From: Bilabrum cf. latius
Lineage: Eukaryota
Direction of reading: 5' to 3'
NCBI GenBank assembly: GCA_965178125.1
Contig: OZ237759.1
Coordinates: 558,001 to 622,000, forward strand
Length of the DNA: 64,000 nucleotides
Position numbers and translations under genes: made by a program. The notes under the pieces are model-generated. The model was given only the letters and a program-made list of their open reading frames with translations, had not been told where the DNA came from and did no database searches. Shown here one piece after another: positions 12,001-23,811 of this stretch (the first letter of the stretch is position 1; each line of letters begins with the position of its first letter).

Positions 12001-15000
12001 AGTGTGTTTGGGGGGGAGGGCGCCCTCGTGGTGTGCTTGCTGCTGCTGCTGCACCGACGCCATGCCGTGCTGTGCAAGCTGCCTATCGTGCTGCACCGAG
12101 GACCAATCGATTGGTCTAAGGTACGAGGACGACGAGAGCGAGCCGGAGTCGTGCCCCTGCATCGCACGGTGGTGCGAGTCCGCTTGTATTCGCCGGTCGC
12201 CGATCTGGCCACTCGGGTACATGGGCGCTGTTGCATGGGCGCTGGCCATCGGAATCAGCATCGCGAAGACGGTGCAGCACATCGGTAGCACTGGCTGGAC
12301 CGCGGCACTTGTGCTGTACCTCGTTGTGTTCCCCTCAGCCGTGGTGCTCACAGTGTGGGACAAGCTCAGGAGGGACCTCTCGAGGAGGAGGCTCGACCCC
12401 GGCAGCGTGCTGTTCCTGGTAGCCATCTCGCAGAGCTTCGGACACGTCTCAGCAACCGTTCTGGTGCAGATAGCGCATGTTTCGAGGGGGTAGGCCGTCT
12501 TTGAGATCCCCATGCTGGTGCTGTTCTTCGGTGTGATGCAAGCGGCGGGATTCGCTTGGAAGTACGCCGCGTCTGCTTCCTCGCTGATCGCGTCTGACGC
12601 CAGGTCCCTTCGATTCATGTACGGACTGCTGGCCCGTGTGTTTGTTTCCCTGATTTTCGTGCGATTCGATCCACTCTCCTGGGCTTTCCTGGCCGCATTG
12701 GCCATCAAAGCAAGCAGGATCGTCTTCGTTGAAACCGCGATCTGGCAGTGGATCCTACAGTCAATGGCCGCGTGTGGTGCAACCATCGCGCCTTTACGGC
12801 TCCGGACGGCTTGGGGAACAAGACGGATCAGAGAGGAGGTACGGATGGCGGGAACGCAGGAAAACCTCTCTACCTCAATACTAGTGCTCGTGCTGCTGGG
12901 AGAAGAAATAGCTATTCAGTCCGGATTGCTAGGCGAGCGGTTGCTGACTGAGGCACTGGCGCAGCAGTCGGCTGGTGACACTCTCGTGAGGGCCTGGTTG
13001 GAAGACGCGGGGCTCGCGAGTGGGACTGCTGCCGTCATTCTCTTCGTTGCGGGCATCCTTGCTATCGCGCTTGTCACGTACCTTGCGGTGTACATCGCGT
13101 GGCAGTTCGCTCGAAAGCGTTTCGTGCGGGCCTTCTACCGCCGTGCTCTGTTTGGGCTTCTGATCGTGTACACCTTCGTGACTCTCGGCGAGTTTAGGAT
13201 GATGACGGGCGTTGAAGCTCGCAGATTTGAAAAACGCTGCATGAACGGCAACAGGGCAGCACTGAAAGTCCTCAGCAAGCACCGAAGGAGGGTCACTCGC
13301 GAAGCGAGAGATGCCGGCATCGTCAACAACGGAGACCTGGCGAGCATGATCCTCCAGCAGCTTTCCATGCCCGAGAAGAAGAGCAAGAAGAGCATGAAGG
13401 CTGTCGGTGAGCTCATGATGGACGGAAGTGCTGCGGGTGCTGCGGCATCAGACGGCGAGGCATAGGAAAGCTCCCCGCTGCGAGTGCCTTCTTCGTCCGA
13501 TGGCCCTCATGGCGACATGCCTGGGGTTCTTGCGAGACATCAAGGCAGCTCTCGGGCAAGCGGCGGCTTGCTGCTGCCCAGTTCCGACGAGGCTCTCCTG
13601 CAGACGAAAGAGTCGCAGCCAGGGACCAAGAGCAGCAGGGCCACCGTGACCATCGGACCTGATGGTGTGCCGGTGGACCGGACCGCCGACGGTTTCCTGG
13701 CTGGGGGCACGTACGAGAGCAGCAGCTCCTCTGGTGTCGGTTCCAGCGGCAGCGGGGACAACGAGGACATCGAGAAGCTCATTGTTGCCGGCAGCAGCGC
13801 AGAGAGCCGGGGATCCACCGGTGGGCTGGAGGACCGGGCGCTCGTGGCGCTGGCTAGCACCAGCAGCGGCGTGTTCTTCCGCAGTTCCAGCAAGAGGAAA
13901 GACATGATGGCTACAACGGAGAAGACATCGGATCGGACTTCCAGTGATTACCTCAAGAGCGTGGAAGCCGATTCTAGGCAGGGGAAATCTACGCCCGTCC
14001 ATGCAGATCCTATGACATCCGAGGCACTTGAAGGAAACTCGGCAAGCACCCCAAAGAGCATCTTGAAATCGCGCAAGCGATCACCTTAGAAATCCCGGCT
14101 CTCCAGCGCCAGCGCCAGCACGCAGGGATCTGATGCGCAGAACGGTCTTGGTGTCTCCGTGGCCCTTGCGAATCACATCAGCTCTCGGGTGCAGAAGACA
14201 CACGGAGTGACGCCGGCAGCCTTACTCAATGGCGGCGCCCTGGCCGCCAGCACTGACGATCCGATAATTGATGTTCCCGCGCTCCTATTGAGTCCAAACG
14301 GCACGGAGCAGTCCGCAGATGCCTCTCCATTCGCTGGGCTTGGCGTGGGCGTGCCAGACGACGGCGATGACGTGGGAGTGGAGATCGCCGTGCAGCGGGA
14401 TGTGCGAGACAGAGACGCTGACGACAGCAGCAGCCTCATGATGACGAGTGAGGAGTTCAACCGCAATGCAATGAATCGTCCCGAGCCCCGGGCGAACAGC
14501 AGCTCAACGGATCTATTCGCCAGCATCGACACGGCAGACGAAACAGAAGGCACCGTTGACCTGACTGCCGACCCAACGACCCGCCGCCCGAGCAAGCGCT
14601 CGGGCCAAAACGGCAAGAATAGCAAGAGGCGCTGCCAGAGCCGCAAGCCAAGAGCAAGCCTTGCGCGATCACTGAGTGGCAGCAGCAGTGGAGGCGATGG
14701 TGTCCGGCCATCACGCCGAGGCGTGCATCGCAAAGGCACGGCAGGCCGTGACCCTGCCGAGCTGGACGCCGGCGCTGAGACGAGCGACCCCGGCGTGGGC
14801 CGCGGTACGAGCGCGTCTAGGTCTCGATCTCGCCCAAGAAACACGCAACCAGGGAACAAGCACCCAGGGAACAAGCATTATCATGTCCATGCTCAGCTCT
14901 CGACATCCCGTGGTAGGCCTGGGCCGGCCGGCAGCCGACTTGCCCGCATGCACGGGCGGTCTGGTGCCAAGGAGTACGGCCAAGGTGGGGGGCATAGTCA

Positions 15001-15712
15001 CGACCACAAGACTGGAACCTCAGAAGGACGCGGCCGGTATGTCGCTCAGGTTGGGCGAGCGGCAGCCTCCAGGTCAAGCAGGCTCGGGGGCAGGCCCAAT
15101 GGTGGAGATGCCTCGGGGAGCAAACGAAAGAGCAAAGGCAAGAACAAGAGCAGGGGCAGAGGCATGCACAAAATTGGTAGCATGGGTGGCTAGAAACGGA
15201 GCATGGGCGGTCAACGAAGGAGCGGCATGCTGCAGCGCACCATGGGGAGCAGCTGGCGAGACCCTAGCCAAAGGTGGGACTTGAAGCTAGACCTCATCAT
15301 GCCAATGCTGCCCGATGTGCCAGACACTACGGCCGGTGCTGCTGCCAGTGCCAGTGGAGGCCTTCGTGATCGCGCACCTGCACCTGCACCTGCACCTGGG
15401 CAGCCCACCGGTGGACCGACAGCCCCATCGGACCGTCTTCCAGCTCGCAGCGAGGGGTGGAGCTCCCACAGCGGGAATGAGAGCACCCGTTCTGGATTAG
15501 CAGAGAACGTCCGTCTCACGATGCACTGGAGGAAAGACGCCAAGAAGGTGGCGAGCAGGGCCAGGGAGCAGACGCTCCTCTCCATCAAGAATGGCAGGGC
15601 GTGGTCGTTCGCGCAGTGGGACACGTGGGTGTATGTAGCTGCCGTGGTCTTCGTCGGGGTTCTATTTTCCTACGAATTTAAATCCGCGACGCTGCAGCAG
15701 GGCGTGGTTTGA
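6017..15712 (+). CDS. Very large (~3230 aa) hypothetical multi-pass membrane protein with long Ser/Gly/Arg low-complexity regions
   Basis: Fifteen supplied ORFs (5957 to 15203) share one frame and are separated only by TAG (19 counted), with no TAA/TGA until 15710-15712. Hydrophobic clusters near 6050-6430, 12210-13190 and 15620-15670. Confidence 0.82.
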
Positions 15713-15918
15713 TTGAGCATGGGCGCCGTCGCCAAGGTGCGCTACCGTGCAATGAGCCCCAACGGCGACAGAAATTTGCTTGTGCTCTTCTGCAGAAAGC
15801 GACCCATTGCATCTGCACGGATTGCATTGATGTGTAGCATATGAATACAATAGTAGTACGTGTACTCTAAATGCTCTAATTGTCCACGGTTGTACTGAGA
15901 ACACCGGGTACCAGGCGG

Positions 15919-18900
15919 ATGAGTGACCGCAGCACGCTCCGGCTGGTTTGCCCGGACACCTGTGTGCCAGAAATCCAGCAGAAGCGTTCTCGTAAGAGAT
16001 CATGGCAAACTTCAGGTACTGATGACACATCCATACGGATAAGGCTGCCAGCAGCCGCTTGCGCCGATGCCTACGAAAGACGCATGCAGGCAGCTGCGGT
16101 CCGAGCTGTTGAATCCTTGCAAAGGTCTCGTTCTATCGCGATACGGTGTGCGTCAATGACTACGAAATCATGCATGCTGGCATCGGCAGCATTCAGCCAG
16201 ATTGAGGATCAACATGACGGACGACAAGCTACTCAGAACTTGCGCATCAGGGTCCGATTAGCTCCCAGAAGCTATTCCGGCTGCGAGCAGTCGTCCAAGG
16301 TTGCTATTAGAGCCGCATTGAGTGTTCATCAAAACCGATTCGGGTTTTACGAGACAGTACCCGCCGTTGTCGCCGCCATGGATGGCGATTGGCTGCAGCT
16401 CTGGCACGCTCGGCATTTGGAGGAGAGGGGCCTGCCTGGCGTGTTCAGCTGGGAATCGGTGCGACCGGAGCTGTACTCGGGGCGGTTTCTATCTGCTGGC
16501 CTGGTGCCACCGAGGTCGGGCGTGGGACCCTATGTCGCGTTTCGTCACGAGTGTGCGGCTCAGATCGTGTGCAAGCCTCCTGTGGTCGAGCGGCCTGGGC
16601 ACACCACTGGCAGCTCTCTTTCGCGTCCTGCCGGGTCGAGCGCACGCCATACGTCGGCAGGGATTCCACAGGCCGGGGAGGCAGATCAGGCTCGCGGGCC
16701 ACCAGCCTTGAATGCCACCGCCGCTGCGACGACTCCTGGCCCGCAGCATGAGCGGATCGAGAGCCAACTGCAAAGCCAGGGCGAGCATGAGCAGCAAATG
16801 AGAGGAGCAGTGGGCGACACGGCACAGCAGCACTCCGGAGAGACCAGCCGCAGCATGAGCACAGACTCGAGCGCCACTGTTGTGCCTCACAACGATCGGA
16901 GCAGCCGTCCAGACACCGTGGACTCACCAGGGTCTGGGAACGTCTCGATGGACGGCCATGGTAGCGAAGCGAGCGCCCGCAACGCAGGATTCCGCGCAGT
17001 AGATCTAGGTGCTCTAACAAGAGATCAACCATAGCGCGCTATCGCCGATAGTTCGTTGTTACAGCACATGCCTAGTGCGAGTCCACTAGTGCCTACACCT
17101 TCGGTGTCCATGTCGTCGCATTCATCGCCATCGTCATCATCCTCGACCTCGTCGGCATCGTCTGCAGCAGCAGCAGCAGCAGCAGCGAACGCGGCAACAA
17201 AGGCGCTAGCACTAGGCCCAGCACGGGCGAAACATGCCGGGACTATCTCTGGCGCAAGCGTGACCTGTGCTCAATCGCCTGCTGGTGTTCAAGGCAGTTC
17301 ACATGACCCACTACGCCCCCGCGGGTGCAACGACGACAGCGCGCTTCAGACGGATTCGCTGCCCTTTCTCCTCTCGCGCGGTGCGCTCGTGCAGTGCAAA
17401 TGCTGCGTTCTGGCTCACAAGGCTTGGTGCAAGGAGCGAAATCTAATGCTATGCGCAAGTGCTGCTGCGGGAGATTGCGGCGAATCAGCGAATGGCTCGG
17501 CTCCAATCATTGCACCAGTGGCTGGCACCGATCCTGCCATCGACCTCGATGATGACGACCGGCTAGAGCGCGCCACATGGGCGGTATCAGCTCTCACGGT
17601 GGTTTCTCAGCGCGTCGTGGACGCATGCACCGGCTCTAGTTAGCCCCCTTGGAGCTTGCTTCCTGTAGACCAGGAGGAATCTAGCGGGGGCGGCAGGTCC
17701 AGCGGTAGCAAACAGCGAGGGAACACGCCTCAAGACCTCAAGCAGGCCTTGCTTTTTGCAGGCGTGTCCTGGAGCGAGCTGGTGAGCGGGCGAGAGGGCC
17801 AGCCTAGCTGGCCGGATGGGTCCCGCACGGCACCCGTTGATTCGAGTGCATCGGCCGGTGACGGAAGCTACGAGACTTCAAACCGTTGTGATGCGATGGG
17901 TCGCCAGATTCGGGTCCCAACCCCCCGTGACCGGTCTCCAGACGCTTGGATGCGATTCGGCCACCACATTCGGCTGCTTCGGCGCAGTCCTGCCGGTTCT
18001 TTGGTGCTCGGTATGCGACATCCTGCTGGGCTGGGGCAGGTGCCTGCTGGCACCGATGGCACTCATCCACCTGTGAGTGCCTCTTTCGCACGATTAGGGC
18101 ATGGATTCGATAGTACTGCCCGTACTGCTGATGCCGCCTCAGACAGGGGCATACCTGGTAGTAAAAGCAGCAGCTCCTCAAGCAGCAGCTCTCCTGCATT
18201 TGTAGGCGGCAGCGGGGGCCTGCATAGAGCCAAAGCCTCTCAAAGTGCGGCAGAATCGGCACCCAGCCCACCACTAGGTGCAGCCCGCGCTGCCTTCGCA
18301 CCATCATGCGATGCACCTCACTCGTCATACGGCGGGGGCAAGGGGCTGATGTGCCCCAGGGGGCTGCTCAAGCGCATCAACGCCCGAGAGAAGAGGACAA
18401 GGCAGCAACGACAGCTCGCGCAGCAGTCGAGGCTCCAGCCTGCAGAGCACCCGAAGGTCCGATAGATGGGAGGCGCGTCCGACGTGGCAGAGCCGGCAGT
18501 GGCGGGGTCTCTCGGCGGAGGCACGGGGCGTGCGCTTGACCCGAGTCCAACCAGCGGGATGATGCCGTATCCCTGTATACGGCTGGCCGGGGCCGCCGGC
18601 AGTCCATTCGCCGAGTAGTAGGGCGCGAGAACGTCTTCGTCCACTCAGTCGGGTCCTGCCTCTTCGCACAGGGGTGCAGTGGGAGGGATTTGGGACGATG
18701 CGGCATACGTGGCTTGCGTGCAGGCGGGCGTGTGTGCCGCGTTTGATGTTGTGGAGAAGGAGGGCAAGGGGAGGTGCGTGGTGGCCGCGGCTCCCATCCC
18801 GGAGGGGGGCTTCTTCGCCGAGTATGGGGGCCAGCTGATCGATGGGAATGAGGCTGCCAGGCGTGCGGAGGCCTACAAGATCAGGGGATTTGGGTCGTAC

Positions 18901-19158
18901 ATGTTCGAGTTCCGGCACGGCGGTGCGTTGCACTGCGTGGATGCAACGGCGGAGCGAGCAGAGTACGGACCCGCCCGACTGCTCTCGCACTCGAGGCACT
19001 CTCCCAACCTGGTTCCTCGCAAGGTGGTGGTCATGAGTGTCCCTCGGCTGGCCATGGTTGCACTTAGAGACATCGCGTAGGGCGAGGAGCTTAGCTATGA
19101 TTACGGGGAAACGAGTCCCGCGGTGCTCGCTGCCTTCCCGTGGCTGCGAGACAGCTGA
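15919..19158 (+). CDS. SET-domain lysine methyltransferase, SETD8/PR-Set7-like C-terminus
   Basis: GKGRCVVA...FFAEYGGQLID...GSYMFEF...CVDAT...RLLSHSRHSPNL...ALRDIA[TAG]GEELSYDYGE...FPWL. One frame with 6 TAG codons; ends TGA; start uncertain. Confidence 0.85.
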
Positions 19159-19817
19159 TTTTTGGGAGCGCCGTGCCACCTCGCGCGACAATTACGGGCA
19201 TTCAAAACCGGATGAAAGTTGAATTTGAAGTCGGAATTGAAGCAAGGATTCAATATGTAGTGCTGCACTCACGCATCCAGCAGTTGCAAGCATCCGGATC
19301 CAGCCACGCAACGAGTGTCCGGTGCACACAAAACAGTACCCCGGAACTCGAGCTCACTCGTCACACACTATACAACCGAGTAGGACGCATGGCCCCTACC
19401 GACGGCCTCTCGTGCCGCCCTCTCACACACCCCCATCCCCGACGGTCACTCGACTGGGCCCAGCACGGGTCACAGCTTGCACGATAGCAGCCGGTGAGCG
19501 GCCGCGCCCGAGCAGGCTGACGAGAAGATGCTAGGACCCACCCAAGGGACCGAGGAGGATGAAGGGAGCTGCCTGCAGCTGCGGCCTGGCTGTACTCCGC
19601 CCAGCCATCATGGCGTTTCAAGGCCGATGGCGGCTGGTGCGGCACGTACTCCAGGAGCAAAGACAGCAGCAGATAGGAAAGCGAGAGGACGGGCTCGATC
19701 CCAGGCTGTGTCCCTTGCAGGGAACAGCCGACCGAGAGAGGGGTCTTTCCAATGAAGAAGATCGGATCAAACGACCGATCCGATCCGATCCCCCTCACGC
19801 CCCGATCCGAGATCATC

Positions 19818-21237
19818 TCACTCGACCTCCGCCAGAGAGACGCCCAGCGCGGCCTCGAGGCCCCACCCGACCAGGTAGGCAGCGGCTGCGGCCAGCGCCC
19901 CGTTGAGCAGCATCAGGGATCCCGACTCGTACCACACCTGGGAGGTGAGCGATGCCTTGAACACGCCGAGGAGGAACAAGGCTACGCAAGTGGCGACGCA
20001 CGCCACGGCGAACTGCACGGGCGCATCGGTGTTCCCCGCAGCGTAGAATGCCACGTAGAACCACATGGGTACCGAGCCGAACGCGAGGAACGAGAGGAAC
20101 ATCACCAGGCCGTTCAAGGCTGGGTTCTCGTCCTCGTCGGGCACCTGCATCTCGAGCTCTACCATGACCATGTGGTCGATGAAGGGCTTCAGGGGCTCGG
20201 TGTTTTCCTTGGCCTCGTTCTCGGCGTCATCCCCCGCGCGCTTGATCTCTACACCCACCTTGTTGGCGGCCCGGGCATCTGCCTCGGCCTTGGAGCGAGC
20301 ATCGGCGATCTGGCGCTCGTACTTCGCCGTGAACGCGTCCATGATGCGCTGGCCTTCCTCCGCGGTGTAGCCGTACTTCTCCTGGTACAAGAGAACCATT
20401 TCCTGCTTCTCGAGGTTTAGGATGGTCTTGCACTCGTGCTCCTCCTTGCTCCTCTGGAAGCGGATGTTGTCGATTTCGGCCTTGGACGACAGGTAGTCGC
20501 CCAGGCCCATTGAGATGGCGTCGGCGATCAAGTTGGAAAATCCCATCATGATCACCACTTCCACGGGCAAACTGGCGCCTGCTACTGCAGCAACAATCGC
20601 GAACGTCGTGACGATGCCATCGAGGCCGCCAAACACGATTGACTTGATGTAGTCGGATCCCCCACCGTGCTTCTCCCCAGTCTCCATGTGCTTCTTTGTG
20701 TCTGCCAGAAGTTTCTCGTGAGCGGCCTTGGCGGCGGAATCATCGCCCTCCTTGACTGCGAAGACAAGCAACAAAATGGGAACATGCAACGCATCAGCTG
20801 ATGGCGCCGAAGCTGGGTACAACCAACTCTAAAGCAAAGCATCAGGAATCAGACTCTTTAAATTGACGCATTAAATGATCTGGGTGGCCCTAAAGGCGCA
20901 AATTGATGTGATAACTGGTGCTGACGCGAACGAAACTTGACGTACTAGCCCCACGTCACACAACTTGTAAACGTCGCATTGTGCGACGGACCACTTAGGC
21001 CACCCATGCATTGATAAAATAAAACATATTTTTGTAGCACAGCGTTGAAAATACCAAGTGTACAACCACTGGTGTGGCACGTATACGTAACCAGATAGTT
21101 CAACTTTGGCAACGTAGCCTTTGCAACTCACATGCCTTCATGGTTGCCTCCCGGTCTTGTTTTAGCTCCATTTCAACATCTCGTGAAGATGCGTTTGATT
21201 TAACAGCATTGTCCGTGCCCGAAGCTGTTGCTGCCAT
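19818..21237 (-). CDS. VIT1/Ccc1 family vacuolar iron/manganese transporter; exons 21237-21132 and 20755-19818
   Basis: YIKSIVFGGLDGIVTTFAIVAAVAGA, GFSNLIADAISMGLGDYLSSKAE, MFLSFLAFGSVP. Intron 20756-21131 (GTGAGT...CGCAG) keeps frame; ends TGA. Confidence 0.9.
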
Positions 21238-21395
21238 TGCTTGTGGGCTCGATTAAGTTTTGTTCGGTGTGGTCCAAGCTCCAGCTAATGTTCCGTCGCC
21301 ATCAGTGATATTGCGCGGCGCCGATTCTGCCTGGCTGCGGCCAAGCGCAAAATTAAATAACACTGAGGAAATGCACTGAGATAAAACGCCCAGCA

Positions 21396-23402
21396 TTACT
21401 TGCCGGCTCGCATCGGAATCACCCACGGGAGCATGACGCCCGCTGCACCCACCCAGTGCTCAGCCACGCCTATGATACCGTCACTTTGGTTGGTCTGCAT
21501 TCGGCCGGCAGCATGGGAATTCACATCCTGCCGTGACCCCTCATCTGATGCCGCTTGTCTATCTTTCCTGTTGCCCTAGCTCTCGCCCGCCACGCGTCTC
21601 CCATCCCCACCACTCCCCGAGCCCTCTCCATCAGCAGAAGTAGCCCCCACCCATCCCTGGCCCATCACTCTAGCAGCGCCCTCACTCGTCACACCGAGAA
21701 CCTCCACATGGTCTGCAGACCACTCGCTGGGCTTCCCGCTGGGAGTCGCCTCCCCTCTGTTCCCCATGCTACTCTGCCCCGCCCGCGCCTCCACACGCCC
21801 CCGCCCCGCTGCACCCGCCTCCCACTCGTCACACGCCTCCCACGCCAAGCCGCTTTCCCCCAGCACGGCAACCGCCTCCACGAGACGAGAGACGGGCCCA
21901 CTCGTCACACTGTCGGCCTCTGGCCCCGGTGTTGAGCCGTAGTACCACTGGTACACCTGCTCGGGGGTGGCCTCCAGTGACGTGTACCCCCACACGATCA
22001 GCTGGTTCACCAGCGTCACGGTGAACGTTCCGTGGTGTTCCCAGCGGCGACCAGAACACAGTGCCGGCACCGGCAGGGTGACGATGTCCCGATTGGTTGC
22101 AACCGCAACCCGCCTGGCCGTCCGCACGAACTCGAAATCCTCCATCATGGCCCCCGGGGGAAACGGGCCGAGCGGCTCCGCACTCGTCACACCACTCGAC
22201 AGCGACCCTTGCACCGTGCTGTCCTTGCTTCGCGATGAAGACTCGTCGGCTTCGTTCTTTGCCTTCCTCGCCCCCTCCTTCCCCTTCTTCCCCTTCGTCG
22301 TCGAGCCAGACTCTCCGATGCCCGCCCCGCTGCTTCTGCCACCGGCAGCAGCACCCGCGGCCTGTTCATTCATCTGTTCCCCAGCCCAGTCACGCCTCCT
22401 GAGGAACAAGCCCTGGTCGCCGTACGGGAGCCGGAACAGCCTCGAACGAAGGTTCGCGAACCACTCGACGACCTCGAGGCCCGTCGGCCACCTCGACACC
22501 GAGGAGCGGTCGACCCGGAATTGAAAAGAACCGAGCAGCACGGTGAGGTCTTCTAACGTACTTCTGACGTGCTGATCGTACCCGAAGGGAACCACGGTGT
22601 CGGCGTGAAGGAACAGAATCTGCTCGGCCGCGGGAGAGGCCGCCTCCGCGCCCGCGTTGGCAGCTGCCCCCCTCCGACTCGGGCACTGCACGAGGCGAGC
22701 ACGAACCCGTGAGCGAGCAATTGCCCGGGCGGCTTCCACGGCCGTTCTGTCCCGGCTGCATGCGTCCACAACGACTAGCTCGATCCGCTCGGGATACACG
22801 CATGCTTCGGATGCTCGCTCGATTGCCCTCGCCACCGTGCTTTGCTCGTTGTAAGCGGTGATGACCACTGTGAGCATGGCTGGTTGGGTCGCCTTCTCGA
22901 TAGGTTGGACGGACTTTGAGCCTTGTGTCCGAGGCGCAGCCGATGGATCATTGCTGCGCGGTGTGGTTGCCTCGCACTCGGTTCGTTCTATCTCAGCACG
23001 ATCCGAGGGTTGCGCACCTTCATAGCACAATCGATGCCCCCAAAATGCAGGCTTAAGGTACTAGGTGTTTGGCTGCTGAACTTCAGGACCTGCTTTCTGG
23101 CTGCCTCTCTGCGTCTGGGTCCGTACCTAATGCAGCAGCGAGGCCCACCCCGAACTCGACAGCCACACCCCCACCAAACATGCAAATAGGACTGCTAGCT
23201 GGGCTGGAATATAAAGCAAAATTGATACTATCAGCTGCAATCGGCATAGCTGCCCGCAACTTGTCTGTGCTGACGACCGCCAACAAGTGTTAATTGCTCT
23301 ATCCGGTAGCTTGATCCAGTAAAGAGCGCTCTTTACCCAGTGTCCCCAGGGTGTCGGCGGGCGACCGGCTGTGGGGGACTGTTTTGCTGGTGGGTGGGAC
23401 AT
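21396..23402 (-). CDS. Glycosyltransferase family 2 protein with N-terminal TM segment
   Basis: TVVITAYNE, LVVVDACSRDRT, ANAGAEAA, ILFLHADT, LPYGDQGLF, MMEDFEFVR, SGRRW. Extended at both ends through 3 TAG codons; ends TAA 21396-21398. Confidence 0.85.
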
Positions 23403-23811
23403 TTGCAGTCGAGGAAACACTTGGCAGTCGTTACAATCTATAGCAACAAGTGCAAAGTGCAACCGCACCTTCGGTCGGATCCTGCCAAGTCAGGTCAATT
23501 GAGAAGCAGACACGACAAGCTGTAGTGGAAGCAGATAGCGAGCTGCTCAGAGATTCACGTTGAGTGCGGATTCTGCGATATGCCGCGCGGCGATGGATTG
23601 AGCAACTTCGGCGTCTACGCATGACGTGCATGCGCTGCACCATCAACAGCAACTTGAAGAGTGTTGTTGGTGACCAGCGAGCTGGCGGATCGAATGAGCA
23701 AAAGCAAAATGCAGGATGCAATCCAGCAGCACGGGCAAAATCACCGGACGGCCTCAAACGTCACGCCCGGCGAGAACAGCAAAACCACTGGCAACTTGAA
23801 CCACAGGGTCG

